From the NCBI GenBank assembly GCA_001724265.1, contig MEDY01000127.1:1-64000 (forward strand): a stretch of DNA of 64,000 nt, in the 5' to 3' direction. Numbering within the stretch: position 1 is the stretch's first letter; each line of letters opens with the position of its first letter. Source of the DNA: Rhizaria sp. SCN 62-66 (Eukaryota). A program made the position numbers and the translations under genes. Below are positions 1 to 13,200 of the stretch, piece by piece. The notes beneath the pieces are model-generated. The model saw nothing but the letters and a program-made list of their open reading frames with translations, was not told where the DNA came from and did no database searches.

Positions 1-171
1 GGACGCGGCAGCGAGGTCACCCTGGGCAGCAGCCTCGACCATGTTGCGGACCTGGAACTTCTTCACAGCCTTGTCCTTGGGGACGCAGCGGCGGCAGTTA
101 GAGCAACGAACGAACTTGGCAGCACCACGACCGTAGCGATCCTTGCCACCATTACGGCGCTTCTTGGGCAT
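1..171 (-). CDS. RPS26: 40S ribosomal protein S26 (eS26), 5' part; runs off the window start
   Basis: Manual translation from ATG at 171: [57 protein letters not shown], the characteristic eS26 N-terminus ([15 protein letters not shown]). Missed by the ORF track. Confidence 0.96.
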   Translation of the reverse strand, partial: MPKKRRNGGKDRYGRGAAKFVRCSNCRRCVPKDKAVKKFQVRNMVEAAAQGDLAAAS

Positions 172-928
172 CTTCTGCTAAACAAATAATAAAATGCAAC
201 AGTAGATCTTCGTGAGAACTGGCTATTGAAATCACCTAGATTGTGAAGGCGCGGATTTATAAAGGCGAAAAATGACGTCAAAATCGGTGGCACTTCACGA
301 TCGAAGCTCTCTCAGAGTGCTTATCTCTGAACCGACCGACGGACTGATCTGCATGTCTGTCACCCCCAAAGTTAGGCCGCGTGAGCATTTTTAAGGATAT
401 ATCGACAAAGTATGCAAATAAACATGCGATTCGTACGTATAGTGCATGACCTTACGGTGCACATATTATATTCTAGTTTTTGACGGATTTGACATAGTTA
501 TGTGTGTGTATGCGTTGAAAGTGTTGTTTGACCACAAACGCGGTCTCGTAGTGAAATTTGTGACCACGTCCCGAGTCAGCAAAATTCGTACTTCATTACC
601 GCAATCAGTCATTTTGCAAGACGCCCAATGGCTGTCGAAATGTGTACAATCCTTAGTTAACTATATTTTGTCGAAATCTAGACTTTATAAATGCAACTAA
701 CCGCGTTCTACACCCCTTTTCCACTTGGCTTGCCGCTTAACCTTCGACGAAGGAGCCATTCTCCGTCGCGTGCTCGCTAGGACCAGTTCGTTCACTGCTC
801 CTGCCATCTCTTGCATCGCAGCTGTAACACCTATCGCGCTTTCCCGCCCGGTTGTTGCTTTCTCGCCTCGTTACACCCGCAACCCCGCGTGCAATCCCCT
901 GCTTCTCACGCTGATACCCTCGCGGCAT

Positions 929-1839
929 ATGTCTGGAACTCGCAAGGCCGATGGCGCTGTCGCCAAGGTCGTCAAGACCGACGCTGAGTGGGCCAAGGAG
1001 CTCAACGACAAGGAATACCACGTGCTGCGTAAGCAGTACACCGAGGAACGCAATGTTGGCTATACCAAGACCAAGGACGAAGGTACGCAACACCGCAAAC
1101 TGCGTCACACTCGCACATGAATATTCTTTCAAGTTGGCATGTACTGCTAACTCTTTTTTGAAGCCACTCAAACTTATCACGAACTATGGCTAACCATATA
1201 TTCTACTAACTTAATATGTTTTGGTTAGGTGTCTACTGCTGCAAGGCGTGCAAGGAGCCTCTCTTTACCTCTGACCAGAAGTTCGACTCAGGCTGTGGGT
1301 ACGTCAATAGTCAACATCATCAGAACCTACGAACATCGTCGGATTTACTTTAAATTTTAAACGCAACATGACATAAATATATGCCATAATATACTTACTT
1401 TTCCTCTTGGACTACTTGCGTACTTGTCTTCATCTGTTGTGTTTTTGTAGCTGGCCCGCGTTCGAGGACTGCATCCCCGGCGCTGTCTTGACCCGCCCCG
1501 ACGACGATGGACGCCGCGTTGAGATTATCTGTGCTGGCTGCCACAGGTACGCGTGAGATCTCTTTCATAGTCCACTCAATTTAACTCTATATACGCTTGA
1601 ACGACGCCGCTTTATACCACTCTCAACCTCACAACTCTCGCTCAATCAATACTTTCTGTGCTTGTCTGTTTTGCATATTTAGCCACCTGGGCCACGTGTT
1701 CCATGGCGAGAAGTTCACCGACACCAACACACGCCACTGCGTCAACTCTATTTGCCTGCGTCTGCTGCCTAAGTCCGAGGTCAAGGTTGCACCTGCCGCT
1801 GCCGCCGCTCCGGCTGCTCCTGCTGCTGAGGACAAGTAA
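929..1839 (+). CDS. msrB: Peptide methionine-R-sulfoxide reductase MsrB (Zn-binding, Cys type), 4 exons: 929-1082, 1229-1298, 1451-1546, 1683-1839 (158 aa)
   Basis: Spliced product contains EYHVLRKQYTE, GVYCCKAC, KFDSGCGWPAF, RVEIICAGC, HLGHVF, RHCVNS. Three GTACG...AG introns keep the frame; TACTAAC branch point at 1204-1210; ends TAA. Confidence 0.95.
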
Positions 1840-2078
1840 GCGTTTCTGCGTATATCGAGCCCGAACTAGCATGTGAGGGAAATTATCTTTGGAATAGAAG
1901 CACAAGTGATCTAAAATGTGCGAATTAGTAATCAATATTTTAAAACATTGCAATACAGCTGTGAACGTGTCCGTTTTCAAAGTCGTATACCCCGTCAAGT
2001 GACCAAATCATTATTTTTCAAGTTGCAGGGCGCCCACCATGTTCAAATGGTCAGTGCGAAAACCCGAAATTCGTCACT

Positions 2079-4142
2079 ATGCCACCTGGCAATCGCGCTC
2101 TTGCTGTTAGAACAAAGCGTGTTTCGTCGCAAGATCAGCGAATATATCTCCCCCCGATGCGCGGCTCTCTCGCTACTATGGCGTTCCAGTCCCCTGGCGG
2201 GTTCACGTCCCCTCCCGCGGCTACGCGCCAGCCCGCCGCTTCATCCGTCTGTACCGCGGGCCCCGCCAGCGAGCTTGATGCCGCATACCTGCTCACCCGC
2301 GTGCGCAACCGCATGCAGGAGGTTTGCACCGAACTCTCCGCCACAAAGCGCGCTGAAGTGTCACTGCGCGGTGACGTCCGCAAGCTCCAAGAGCAAATCG
2401 CCTCTCTCGAGCACGATTTGGCCACAGAGCGCGCCTCTGCCGCCGCCAGCGCCACCAAGACGGCCGCGCTTGAGGCCGCGCTGCAGCGCTACCAGTACAC
2501 TCTTGCCCCGCAGCAACAAGCTGGCGGTGATGCTTCGGCTGCAAGCACAGCAAACACCAGCACTTGTGCCTCTACACCCTCTGCTGCTGAGCTCGAACGC
2601 CTGCGTACATTCTCGGCTTCGCTGCAGTCCGACGTGATTGCCCTGCGCGCGGCGTCGCTGGAGCACGCCAACGCGGCCTCTGAGTGGCACCGCGAGCGCG
2701 AGCAGCTGCAGAACAAGCTTCAGTCCCAGTCCCGCCTCTTGGACGACCTGCAGGAGACGTGCCGCGCCGCGCAGTCGGCGTTCGAGCGCGCCAAACTTCA
2801 GTCCGCGGCCTTCACCGCCGCCGTCGCCGAGGCACGCGCCGCCGCCACAGCCTCGGCCGCGCGGGCCGTGGAGCGCGACGACCGCGTCACGCAGCTCAGG
2901 CAGGACGCCGAGCGACTTAACTTGGCGCTGCAGGCGGCCAGACTTAAGTGCGCGGACGAGCAGCGGCGCGCGGAGGCGGCCGAGGCGGCGCGGGCGGCGG
3001 CGGAGGCCGCGGCGACCGTGGCGGGAACGCGCGCCGAGGCGGCCGAGGCGGCGGCGGGCGAGGCCAGCGGCAATCGCGCGCAGATGGCGGCCGCACTGGC
3101 GCGGGCGGCGCGGCTGGGTCGGGAAAGGACCGTGGTAGCCGCGGTCGGTGAGTTGGCGAAGGAGCAGCAGCGGAGCAACGGGGCTGTGACGGAGTCTGCT
3201 GCAGCTGTGAGCGCCACCGCCACTGACACTGCCACCGCGGTGGCCACTACTGCTGCGGAAGCCTCTCCCACTGCGACTGGCACTGCGACTGCATCTCGTG
3301 TGACGACGCATGTCACGGTGAGTGAGCCTCTCGTCACTGCAGCTGCAACCACAACTGCAACTAAGAGCACAACTACAACTTTGAGTGCGAGTGCGAGTGC
3401 AAGCGAGTCCGCCGAGACTGAGACCGAGGCTGAGGCTGAGGTGGGCCCGGCTGTCAAGCGCGCACGCACGGCGAGCATGGCGAGCGCAAGTGCGAGTAAC
3501 ACCGCGGACGCACTGGTAGCTGCGTCCACTCACACTTCTGGCGTCCCTGCGGACACTTACTCGATCGCCAGCACTAGTGGCGACGGCGCTGCCACTGACG
3601 CCGCCGCTGTCGATCGCGCAAATGCCAACACCAACAACGACGCTGGCGCGACCGGCGTCGCTGACGCTGTCACTGGCAGCAACGTGGCTAACGCTGACAG
3701 CGCCTCTTTCACTGCCGCAGAGGCTCGCACTGCGGGCGCGACTGACGGCGGCGGCGCCCGTGACAGTGCGGGCAGCGCGAGCAGCAGTGCCAACACTGTG
3801 GGCAGCGGTCCAAACACAGCACGCGGCAGTGTGGACACTGGAAGTGGCAGTGTGGACAGTGCAATTGGCAGTGCGGACAAAGCAAGTGACACTGTGAGTG
3901 ACAGTGTGGGTGTCACTGCGAGTGGCAGTGAGAGTAGCAGTGTGTTGGAGGGCGACGACCTGCCCCCTGCTCTGGAACCCATCCCGACCGCGGACACTGA
4001 CGGCAACGCGAGCACGAGCAGTGATACTGTGTGCGACGGTGTCAACAACAGCAGCAAGAGTAGCAGTGCCACGAGTAAGAGCGCCAAGGGCAAGGGCAGC
4101 AAGCGAGGCTGTAGCAGCGGCAGCAACGAAGAGGCAGAATAA
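2079..4142 (+). CDS. Uncharacterised protein with N-terminal coiled coil and Ala/Thr/Ser-rich low-complexity tail (true start may be ATG 2157 or 2178)
   Basis: 687-codon ORF with heptad-like L/E/Q/R/A segment (LRGDVRKLQEQIASLEHDLATER...), coding-like composition, flanked by AT-rich intergenic DNA; ends TAA. Confidence 0.75.
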   Translation: MPPGNRALAVRTKRVSSQDQRIYLPPMRGSLATMAFQSPGGFTSPPAATRQPAASSVCTAGPASELDAAYLLTRVRNRMQEVCTELSATKRAEVSLRGDVRKLQEQIASLEHDLATERASAAASATKTAALEAALQRYQYTLAPQQQAGGDASAASTANTSTCASTPSAAELERLRTFSASLQSDVIALRAASLEHANAASEWHREREQLQNKLQSQSRLLDDLQETCRAAQSAFERAKLQSAAFTAAVAEARAAATASAARAVERDDRVTQLRQDAERLNLALQAARLKCADEQRRAEAAEAARAAAEAAATVAGTRAEAAEAAAGEASGNRAQMAAALARAARLGRERTVVAAVGELAKEQQRSNGAVTESAAAVSATATDTATAVATTAAEASPTATGTATASRVTTHVTVSEPLVTAAATTTATKSTTTTLSASASASESAETETEAEAEVGPAVKRARTASMASASASNTADALVAASTHTSGVPADTYSIASTSGDGAATDAAAVDRANANTNNDAGATGVADAVTGSNVANADSASFTAAEARTAGATDGGGARDSAGSASSSANTVGSGPNTARGSVDTGSGSVDSAIGSADKASDTVSDSVGVTASGSESSSVLEGDDLPPALEPIPTADTDGNASTSSDTVCDGVNNSSKSSSATSKSAKGKGSKRGCSSGSNEEAE

Positions 4143-4296
4143 GCGTCGCAGATCGCAAGTGTACATAATCGATATAAATCTGGAATCAATGTAAATGAAG
4201 AGTAGGTTCTGTATTGTACAAACCAAACTAAGTAAACGGAATCACGTTTTAAATAATAAAAACTAGATATAAGATAAGATAATATGAATAGTGTCA

Positions 4297-7200
4297 TTAC
4301 GAATCGTTATTGTTGTTGTAAAGATATGGAGAGGCTCCGAGGCGTTGCGTCGCCGCCTCCGTGAGTAAATCAAGCTTAACTTGTGCCGTCCGCTCCACCA
4401 AAGCCAACACACTGCGTTTGTACCAATTCTCGCAGTCAGCATTGACGCAAGCGGCACCGACACCGGCACTCCCACCACTACTGTTCGGGAACAGTGTCTC
4501 CGCAGTAGTTGTTGTCGCCGTCGTGTCAGTCGATGAAGGGTAAAGGAAGCCGTGACCACCAACTGAAGTGAAACCGTTGCGAGCCATGCCCATGGCGCTT
4601 AAATTATCGCATGTTGAGCTAAATGTGCATGTGTTGCATTTGCGTAACGTGGCCTCTAACTCAAGCTGCGCCGAGTTCAATGCAGACGTGACTTCAGTGA
4701 TCACAACGAAGTTACCGCCGCTCCCACAGCTCTCACAAACGTGCGCAACAACAGCAGAACTGTCTCCGCGTTTGGATGTTGCACGGCCACTCGTAAGCAT
4801 GAGACCCCTAGCGCGGGAAGTCTTAAAGACGCCCTAGCTATTGCCGGCAGTGCTGAGACGGACCACGTGAGTTGCGGCGTTGTGCGCAAAAGTTACACCG
4901 CATGTGTAACACTGACGCGGCTTCACCAAGAAACTCAGCGAACCCTGCTGCTCAGTCCCATTCGCAGTACTGCTCAAACCGGTATTGTCCTCAATCGCAG
5001 CAGCGTCTGTCGCGCGAGCATACGCGGCGGCAGCAGCGGCGGCCGCGCCGGTCAACACAGGGGGCGGCGGGCGCGTGCTGTCGGGCGCGGTCCCCAAACT
5101 GCCGTCGCAGCGAGCGGACTGCGGCAGCGGCGACGGCAGCTTCGTGGCCATGACGGCGTCGCACCAGCCCTCAACGTCGGCGGCGGGCAGAAAGCCTTCG
5201 AGGGTGCCGAACGTGCGGTACAGAGGGTCGAGGTGTAACGAGTGGGAGCGCGTGTGGATGTCGCCGAAAGAGCACGGGAAACGACCGAACGCTCCAGGAA
5301 ATGAGCTTGCGATGACACCAACATTAACAGTGTCACTCGTGCTGATGTTACCAGCTTTATTGTTCTCGGTGCTCTTGGAGAATGTATGCTGCGGTAGAAT
5401 CTGAAGACTCGCAGTGACAGGCAAGTTCGAGCCGTGTGAAGGCCCGATCAAGTCAAACACGCGCTTCAATGATGGCACGAGGACTTTGGTGAGATAGTAC
5501 TGTGCGCAGAGTGGCGGCGCCGTGCCAGCTGCAAGCAGCTGCAAGTACCTCTTCGGGGTCATCACTTTATCAACCAGCTTGGCCGCAGACGCGGAACTAA
5601 CGCCACTCAAGCCCGCATCAAACGGTGATTGCACGACGATGTAAGGCACGCGTTGACCGTACAAGGGCAGCGATTGCGGATCCTTACGCGCCTCTCGATA
5701 TGCAACCATGACAGCGGCCGGGGGAGTCGAGCCCGGCTTATACGTGCCCACAGTCACTTCCTTGTTGAACACAAAATCGCCGAGAGGAAGTAAATTAAGA
5801 CGCACGTTGTAAAACACGCTGGAAAGATAGTTGCGGACTGTGGAAAGATTGTTTGTGGTAAACAGTAGTGACACCGCCTCGGACATGGTTTTCTGCAATA
5901 AGGGACACGAGTCGCGGCGAATGATCTCCATGCCTTTACAGTCAATCACACCCTTGGTCTCCGTAGCAGACTCAAACTTGTAGCCGACGTAGCGCTTCTT
6001 TGCAGCGAGAAAACAAGGGTGATACACCTTCTCGTACTCCAAGTGAACCGGAAACGGGCAGTGTGCCGTGACAGTCTCGGACACCTCTTTCGCGAGCCGG
6101 TGCGCCTCCGCGCGGCTGCGGCCCTCAAAAAGCACAAACACCGAGTCGGTGTCGCCGTACACAACGCGGGCGCGCCACGTAGGGTGGCTGTTGACGGTGG
6201 CGATAGCGCGCTCGACTGTGTCGCGTGCGGTCTGCACGATCGCGTCAGCCAACTCCTACACACAAGATTGAAAATTAACACATGAAAGCAAATGTGTCAA
6301 TGCAAGGGGAAAACCGAATAATAAGGTAAAGCCACGACGAGTCATGTGAATATTGTAGAAGTGTGTTTTGTTTTACGTACCTGACAGGGCATACGGCCCG
6401 AGTACCCTGCGGATGTGTACCCATATGTAACGTTGGCAACCAGTTTCAGAGCCGACTGTAGCGCATTATACAGCCGATACCGTTCACGCTGCTGTGGCGT
6501 CGCTGACGGCTTGCTGGAAACGTGAGGTGCCTTCATCGCCGCTTTGACCTCAAACCGTGTCTCCAAGATCTCAGCGAGCATGCGTGGGAGTACGCCTTCG
6601 CGCACTGTAGGCTTGACAAACAGCGCGCCCGTGGACGAAATCCAGAGTGCGCTTTGAGCGTGAAGGGCGCGGATCTCGGCCCAGTTTCGGTCAAGCTCAA
6701 ACCCACCCAGGGGAACGCGGAACGACTGCGGCGGTGTCTCTGGCAGCGATGCGTCGTCTTCAGTGCTCGTGTTTGATTTGTTGCTGCTGGTAGACGTAAA
6801 CATGGCTAAGTCAGCGCCAGATAGCCGACCAAGGCATGTTGAGTAGCACATGTTGTACGCAATCACAATGCTCGGATACAGTGAACGGAAGTCCAACACC
6901 GCAACGGGTGAGGAATAGAATGAAAACGGTTCTGGCTCGAGCGTTAAAGCCTGCGCCTCCATGCCCGGCTGGTCTGCAATCTGCTTCTGCGACATACCCA
7001 CACAGAGGAACTGCAGCGGCCGCGCGACACGCGTAAGCATGGTCTCAACGCGGATCTGACTGCCGCGGTACAAGACATCGTAGAACCGCATTCCGTAGAC
7101 TTTCGCCATCTGCGCGGTGCGGTCGATGAACTCGAGCTTGCTGATAATGTCGAGAGTAACGCGACATTGCTGTGAAAGCCAACGGGCAGCAGCGACAGCG

Positions 7201-10200
7201 CCGCCGCTGATACTCGCAGGGGAGTCTGCAGCTGCACTCGCACTGGAGATGAAGTGACTAGCGGAGCTGCTGCTGTTGCGCGGACAGGAGCTGCCAGTCA
7301 GAGCGAGATTGATCCACCTGGCTAGTTCATGGTGCTCGTGCGTCGGCACAGTAATGCCGAGCACATCGCGCGCAGACGCAGAAAGCGTTGACGAGCTCAT
7401 CTTGATCTCGATGCGCAACAGGCGCCACATGTTGAGGATGATGCGGCCGTCGCAGGAGAGGTCCATGCCCTTCTGAGCCTGGTAACGCTGCCACCCCGCC
7501 ACTGTTGCAGCAGAGGCACGCCCCTGGTTGTTGCCGCTCAAGTCGCCACTAGTAGGAGTGTAGCTGTGAAGCTTCCGTGAGATCACAAGCGCAAATGGAG
7601 GATATTCGGGCACAGCGACGGCAAAGCGGGCACACAGGTAGCCCCAAGAAGCCCGCTGCAGCTCATATCCGATCAGCACATCAGGATCCGTGGTGAGAAT
7701 AAAGTGGCGTAACTCGTGATACAGCGCATCTTCATTTGCAACAACACGAGTCAGTGCGTTGATCTCAGTTGCCCGTGTGTTATTTTTCGCGAATGCGGTG
7801 GTCGACACGGAGCTGTTGCAGTGTTCTGCACTCGTCGTTGCCCCTAAGCCTGTGCCTCTTCGTGTTGATGCTTGCAGCAACGCGTGCGCTGGCGGCGGTG
7901 TGAGGGGAAACCCGAGTCGGCGGAGCGTTGCCTCCTCTGCAGCAGCGCTCAGCGCCGCTGCGCCGGAACCGCCCGCCGCCAATACAGACCGCAAGACATC
8001 GGCTGTGACCGGGCCGGCGCCAGCAACCATCGAGGCAACAGCGTCATGAACGAGGTAGATGACGGTGAGCTCATCAAAACGGTTATCAGCAACATGCGTT
8101 ACCTTAGATGTTGGCGGAGCCTTCGATTTTGATTTGCTCGTTGCCTTAGTAACCTTAGACTCCTTAGTAGCTTTCTCCTTGTTTCCTTGCGTAGTTGATG
8201 GTGCTGCTTCGGGCAACGGCCGCTCACGGCGAATATAAAGGCACACCATCAGCACAGGATCCTTCGCTGGGTCTGCGCATAAGTTAGGCCGTGCCGCAGG
8301 GATAACTTCAAGAGCTAGCAAAGTCATTCCTTGGCCGCCAACAACAGGGCTGCCTTCGCTCGCAGTCGCGATTGAATGATTAGTCGTCTTGACTGGAATG
8401 TTAGAATCTTTGTCATTCGCCTTGCTAGAGACATTATCTGTTACATGCGTGCTCTTTGCGTCTGTTTGATTTTCACGAGCGATTTGCGTTAGCTCATGCT
8501 CACGGTCACGTTGCTCGCAATCGTATTCATCCCACAATAGATCGGACGGTGGCGGCAACTCCACCGGCTCTAGAATGACTGGTAAACCACGGCAAATAGT
8601 CTCGCCCTTCAAGACAGGATGAACAAACTCGTCCCCTGTCGTGGTTGTAAGTGGATATAACGTAAGCGATGCCGCGTCAGCGTCAAGGCGAGCGGCAGTC
8701 GTCGCTGACAAACCCAACGTCGCCGCAGTCACCGGCCGAGAGCGTGTGGTGACACTGCTCAAAGCACCGCCGACTACGTTCGCGAACATCGTTGAGAGGC
8801 TGGGAAAACCGGCGCCGGTGGCGACGGTGAGATCTGATGCAGTCTCCGCTGCGAATGCCATCGTCGACAGCAACACGATATTGTTACCGTCCCTGCTCAT
8901 ACTGCCAGCCGGGGGAGTTGCAATAGCAACGTTAGTCGTCACGGTCGCTGTGGCGGGACGAGGTAACCAGTCAAAATATCGGCGCAACAACGCAGAACTA
9001 TCAAACAATTGCGGTGCTTGTGAAGTGACTGTAAACAGAGGAGGTGAGCGCACAAGAGAAGGTAAACTCAAACTATCAACGGCAAGGACCTCAGAGTACG
9101 GCGTATTCGTCACTTGATGCTCGCTAATAATGTCGGTGTTATTTAACTCTGTGAGTGTGGAAGTACTGAGGGGCGTGTACGCGGGGGCAAAGTACGCTGA
9201 GTGCAACGGCCCCGTAAACCGTAAGCTTAATGTGCGAGCAAACCCGGCTGCAATTGCTGAGGGCGAAGGCGCTAAGACAGGACCGGAACCACCGCCACCG
9301 CGGGCATACGAAAGAGTAGACGCCAAGTCGTGGCCTTGCTCAGAGGTAGTTGATAGGAGAACTGTCGGAGGGGAAAGCAGACTCGTACGAGCAGCAACGG
9401 AGGCGTTTGAATCAGTATAATGAGCAAGAGTATTGAAGCAAGCGCCGGACTTGTCGCTTTGGTTATTGATCTCCATTGTGTGGAGGGTTAAAGGCAACCA
9501 CGAAGCCTGCATGAACGACTGTAACGCAGGGGAAGCAGGTGCGTCATCAGAACTCAAACCAGTAACTAAGCCGGTACCTCGCAGTGCTAAAGCTGTGGCA
9601 GCCGACGTAACATCACTCCCAACTTGACTCTCAATACCAAAGTCGCTTTGACAAGTAACAGTGGGGGCAGCTGCAGCGTCAGCACCAGCTGCGATCGCAA
9701 GATTGATAGTAGCCAACGACAAGTTAAGGCGCCTTCGCGCGCCTGCACTCACTGCACCAGCCGCTGTGGCGGCATTATTTTTCACATTTGCGCTGTTGTG
9801 ATATGAGTGGAACGCAGCGTGAAACGCCGCATCTTGATCGAGTGCTGCAGTCCTCTTCTCAACCCGGTGTGCAACACTTACAGTCGTGTACAGCGGCACA
9901 TGGACTGAGTCAGAGTAGTAGGGTGCTTGAGCAGGGTGCGGCGCCAGCGCAAAGGACAACAGCGACTTCAGGTACATTGAATGCGACGATTTTGCCGAAG
10001 CAGCAGAACCTGAACCAAAGAAGTTGGAAAATGCATGGATAGCGCTTCGTTGCTGCGGCGGAAGCCAGGTTTGCTCGAGGTGAGCAACCGATGGCGCAGG
10101 TGGCAGCATTGCCGTGAGATCGGTAACTGTGATAGGGGAGCCCAACAGAGGTAACGGAAAAGATGACGAAGTGTCTTTCGCAAAGCCATTGTTCTTGTGG

Positions 10201-13200
10201 TGCTTGCGCTTACTCTTGCTCTTCGTTGTGGATTTGCTTCGACTGGCTGTATCGAGTTGCTGGAGTGGAAACCTGCGGTATGGAGATGCAAACATCGCTA
10301 ATGTAGCAGGATAGAGACCGCAAAGAACACCGTCAGGGAGCACACTTAAGGTATCCCTGCGACAGTTTTGATGATTATCGCTGGCATTATCGAAGTCGAG
10401 AAACTGGTTCATGTACATCTGTTCGTCGCGAGTGAGCGATGGAAGACGAAATGATGTGTCAGACTTGCCTTGAAACGCCTCAACTGGAGAAGACGCTACA
10501 ACGGTAGCAACGATACCTGTGTCGTCGGGGGCAGCTGCATGAGTTGCAGCAACAGCGTCCCCGCGCCGATCGTTACCCGTCTTCTCAACTGGTTTGCTGA
10601 CGTCATGTTGTTGAAGTTGAAGTTCGACCTGACGACTGAGAGGCTGCTGCTTTTGTTGTTGGTGTTGCTTGAGTTCAAACTCGGTTATCAAGTGTTCCTT
10701 GCCCTTCAGACGCGACTCTGAAACCCATGCATAGCGAACCTCGGTCGCAGCTGGAAGCGTCAGTGTTTGACGCTCGCAACGAACGCGGAACGTACGCTCG
10801 GTACATGCACCACCTATGTCGTGAATCGTTTGGTTTGCTGATGTGCCCGCAAGATTTAGGTCCGCAAACGTACGCTTCTGTCCTAATCCACCAGAACCAA
10901 TGCTATCACTCTTGTGCTCAACAGTGTCATCGGATGTGGCGGAACGGATGTTCGCCGAAGTCTTCCTAGTGCGCACGTCTACAACCTCAACAACACGAAA
11001 CCGATGTTGTGGTGGTGACCGCGTATACAGCAACTGTTCATGTGACTTTGGAGCGGGTGACTGTGGAGCTGCAGCTTCAATCTCAGCAACATCCTCACTA
11101 CCGCCCCGAGGGCGATTGACAGAGTAGTGGCTCACGTCGAACAAAATGGGCGTAATGGCGGATGTGCGGCGCTCTAAGTAGCCACTCACCTTGTCACTTG
11201 GTGTACGTAGAGTGGTATTGTTATCAGACAACGCTATCGCTGTCGCCGTAGATGGGCTAGCAACTTGACTGCGGGGGAGCTCAGAAGTTTGACTTTGATA
11301 CTCACTATTCTGTGGGGCCGAACTTTGAGAGAGAGCGTTCAACGCCCATGAAATGTGGCGATTGAGCTGATGGGCTTGACGCTGCATACGAGCATCAGTA
11401 CGCGCCTTTTTCGTGCGGCCACGCGACTGCGATAGCTGAGTAAGAAATGTAGAGAAACTGACAGAGTCGTCCGCCTCGTTATCATTGTCACGATCACGGG
11501 TGTTGTTGTCGTTTGCAAAAGTATCGATGCTCGCTTGATCGCTGTCATCATTGTCGCTGCTTATCGTATCATCGCCAATCGTGAGAACTTTGTGTTGCCT
11601 GCATCGATGCTTACCTGTCTTGTTATTGCTGAGAGCAAAGTCACTCTTGGTGAAACCGTTACGTGTGTCAGTATTGTTAGAGTTGCCGCTACTGTCAACC
11701 AATAAGCGATCATCGCCATGAAAGATTTTTTCCTCGCTGTCGACCGCGTGCTCGCTGTCGTGGATGTTCATGTTCTCGCTGTCAGCGTCACAGTCACTCT
11801 GTTCGCGATCGCTCTGGCCACTGTCACTATCATGGGAGGTGCAACTGGTATCACTCTCGGACTCGCTGGAACTCGTCGTGTCGTTACCCGACTCTTTGTG
11901 TGACTGCAGCTCCGACTCCGACTCCGCTTGTGATTGTGATTTCGTGCGATTGACTGTGTGGCAATCATGCATACTAGCTGGCCACTTGTTCTGTTTGGTC
12001 TCTCCGGCGGAAAATGTGACAGCATCTGCTGACGCAGCAGTTGTAATTGCATCGCTATCAATCAACGAACTCGCCAAGACCACCTCTTCGACGAAGTCAA
12101 CCGCACCTTGGCTGCCAGCACCGCTGTCACCAATACCTCGGTTTGGAGTCAATTCAACGGTGCGCGCCTCAGACGCTTGAGAACTCAGCTGGTGTTGTGG
12201 CACTGGAAAGTGGCGAACACGTTTCGTCACAAAGTTCACGTCAGATAACTCGGATTGTTGGGGTTGTGCAAGCGACTGAGCGAGCTGTAACCCTGCTCGT
12301 GACTGCGATTGGGAGACTGACTGAGATGATTGAAGTTGGGGCGTCTGGGCAAAGCGCGGCCGCAGTACGGAGAGAGCGCGCACGAGTAATGGCGTCGCCG
12401 CACTTGTCACCGTCCCTGGTGTTGCGGGTGTGAGAGGCGACCGGGTTGCTGATGCGGCAGCGTCTTTCAGCGGTGTTGCTATCGAAGCTGAAGTTGTTGT
12501 GCGGTGGAGTCGGGTTGGAACTAACGCAGCAAGTTGTGACAACGTCGAAACAGCTGACGGCCATGATTGTTGGCTTAACGAAAAAGTGTCGTCTTTGGGT
12601 TGAGTTGACACAGCACCACTTTCGTGATTCAACACAGCATTATCAGCGGGTTGCCCAACGTTGCGAGTGTTACTCTCATTGCCCAGCAACAGCGGCACCG
12701 GGGGCTTCAAAGTGAAACGGGCCGAGTTCGCTCTCGTGTTGACGTTGCGATTCGCAGTGACCGTGGGTGACCGGAAAATGCTACCGCGGGGGCGAGTCTC
12801 CCCGACAGGACTACGCACACTGCTAACGGCGGTGAAATTCACAATCACGGGGCTTGCATTTGACAGTTGAGGGGAACGCGGGGGCCGAAGCGTGGTTGGA
12901 GAAGAAGCGAATGCAAAAACTTGCGTCGCAGTTACAGTCGCGAGAGAAGCATTGCGGCTTAACGCTCCACTCTCTCTACGAGTAAACTTATGAGCCGATC
13001 CTTGAGCACGGCCATTGACGGCATGGCTAAAGAGAGGAACTTGTGGGACAGACGGCATAGCCGTGATGTGGTTCTCGACAATGGCAGAGCCAGTGCTGCT
13101 CGTGTGTAGCTAAGTGGCTCGAGGTGTTGCAACGACCGAACTATGACTGCGACGGTTTTGAACATTCGACAGAGTGACATCGCTCATGTTTATATGGGGT

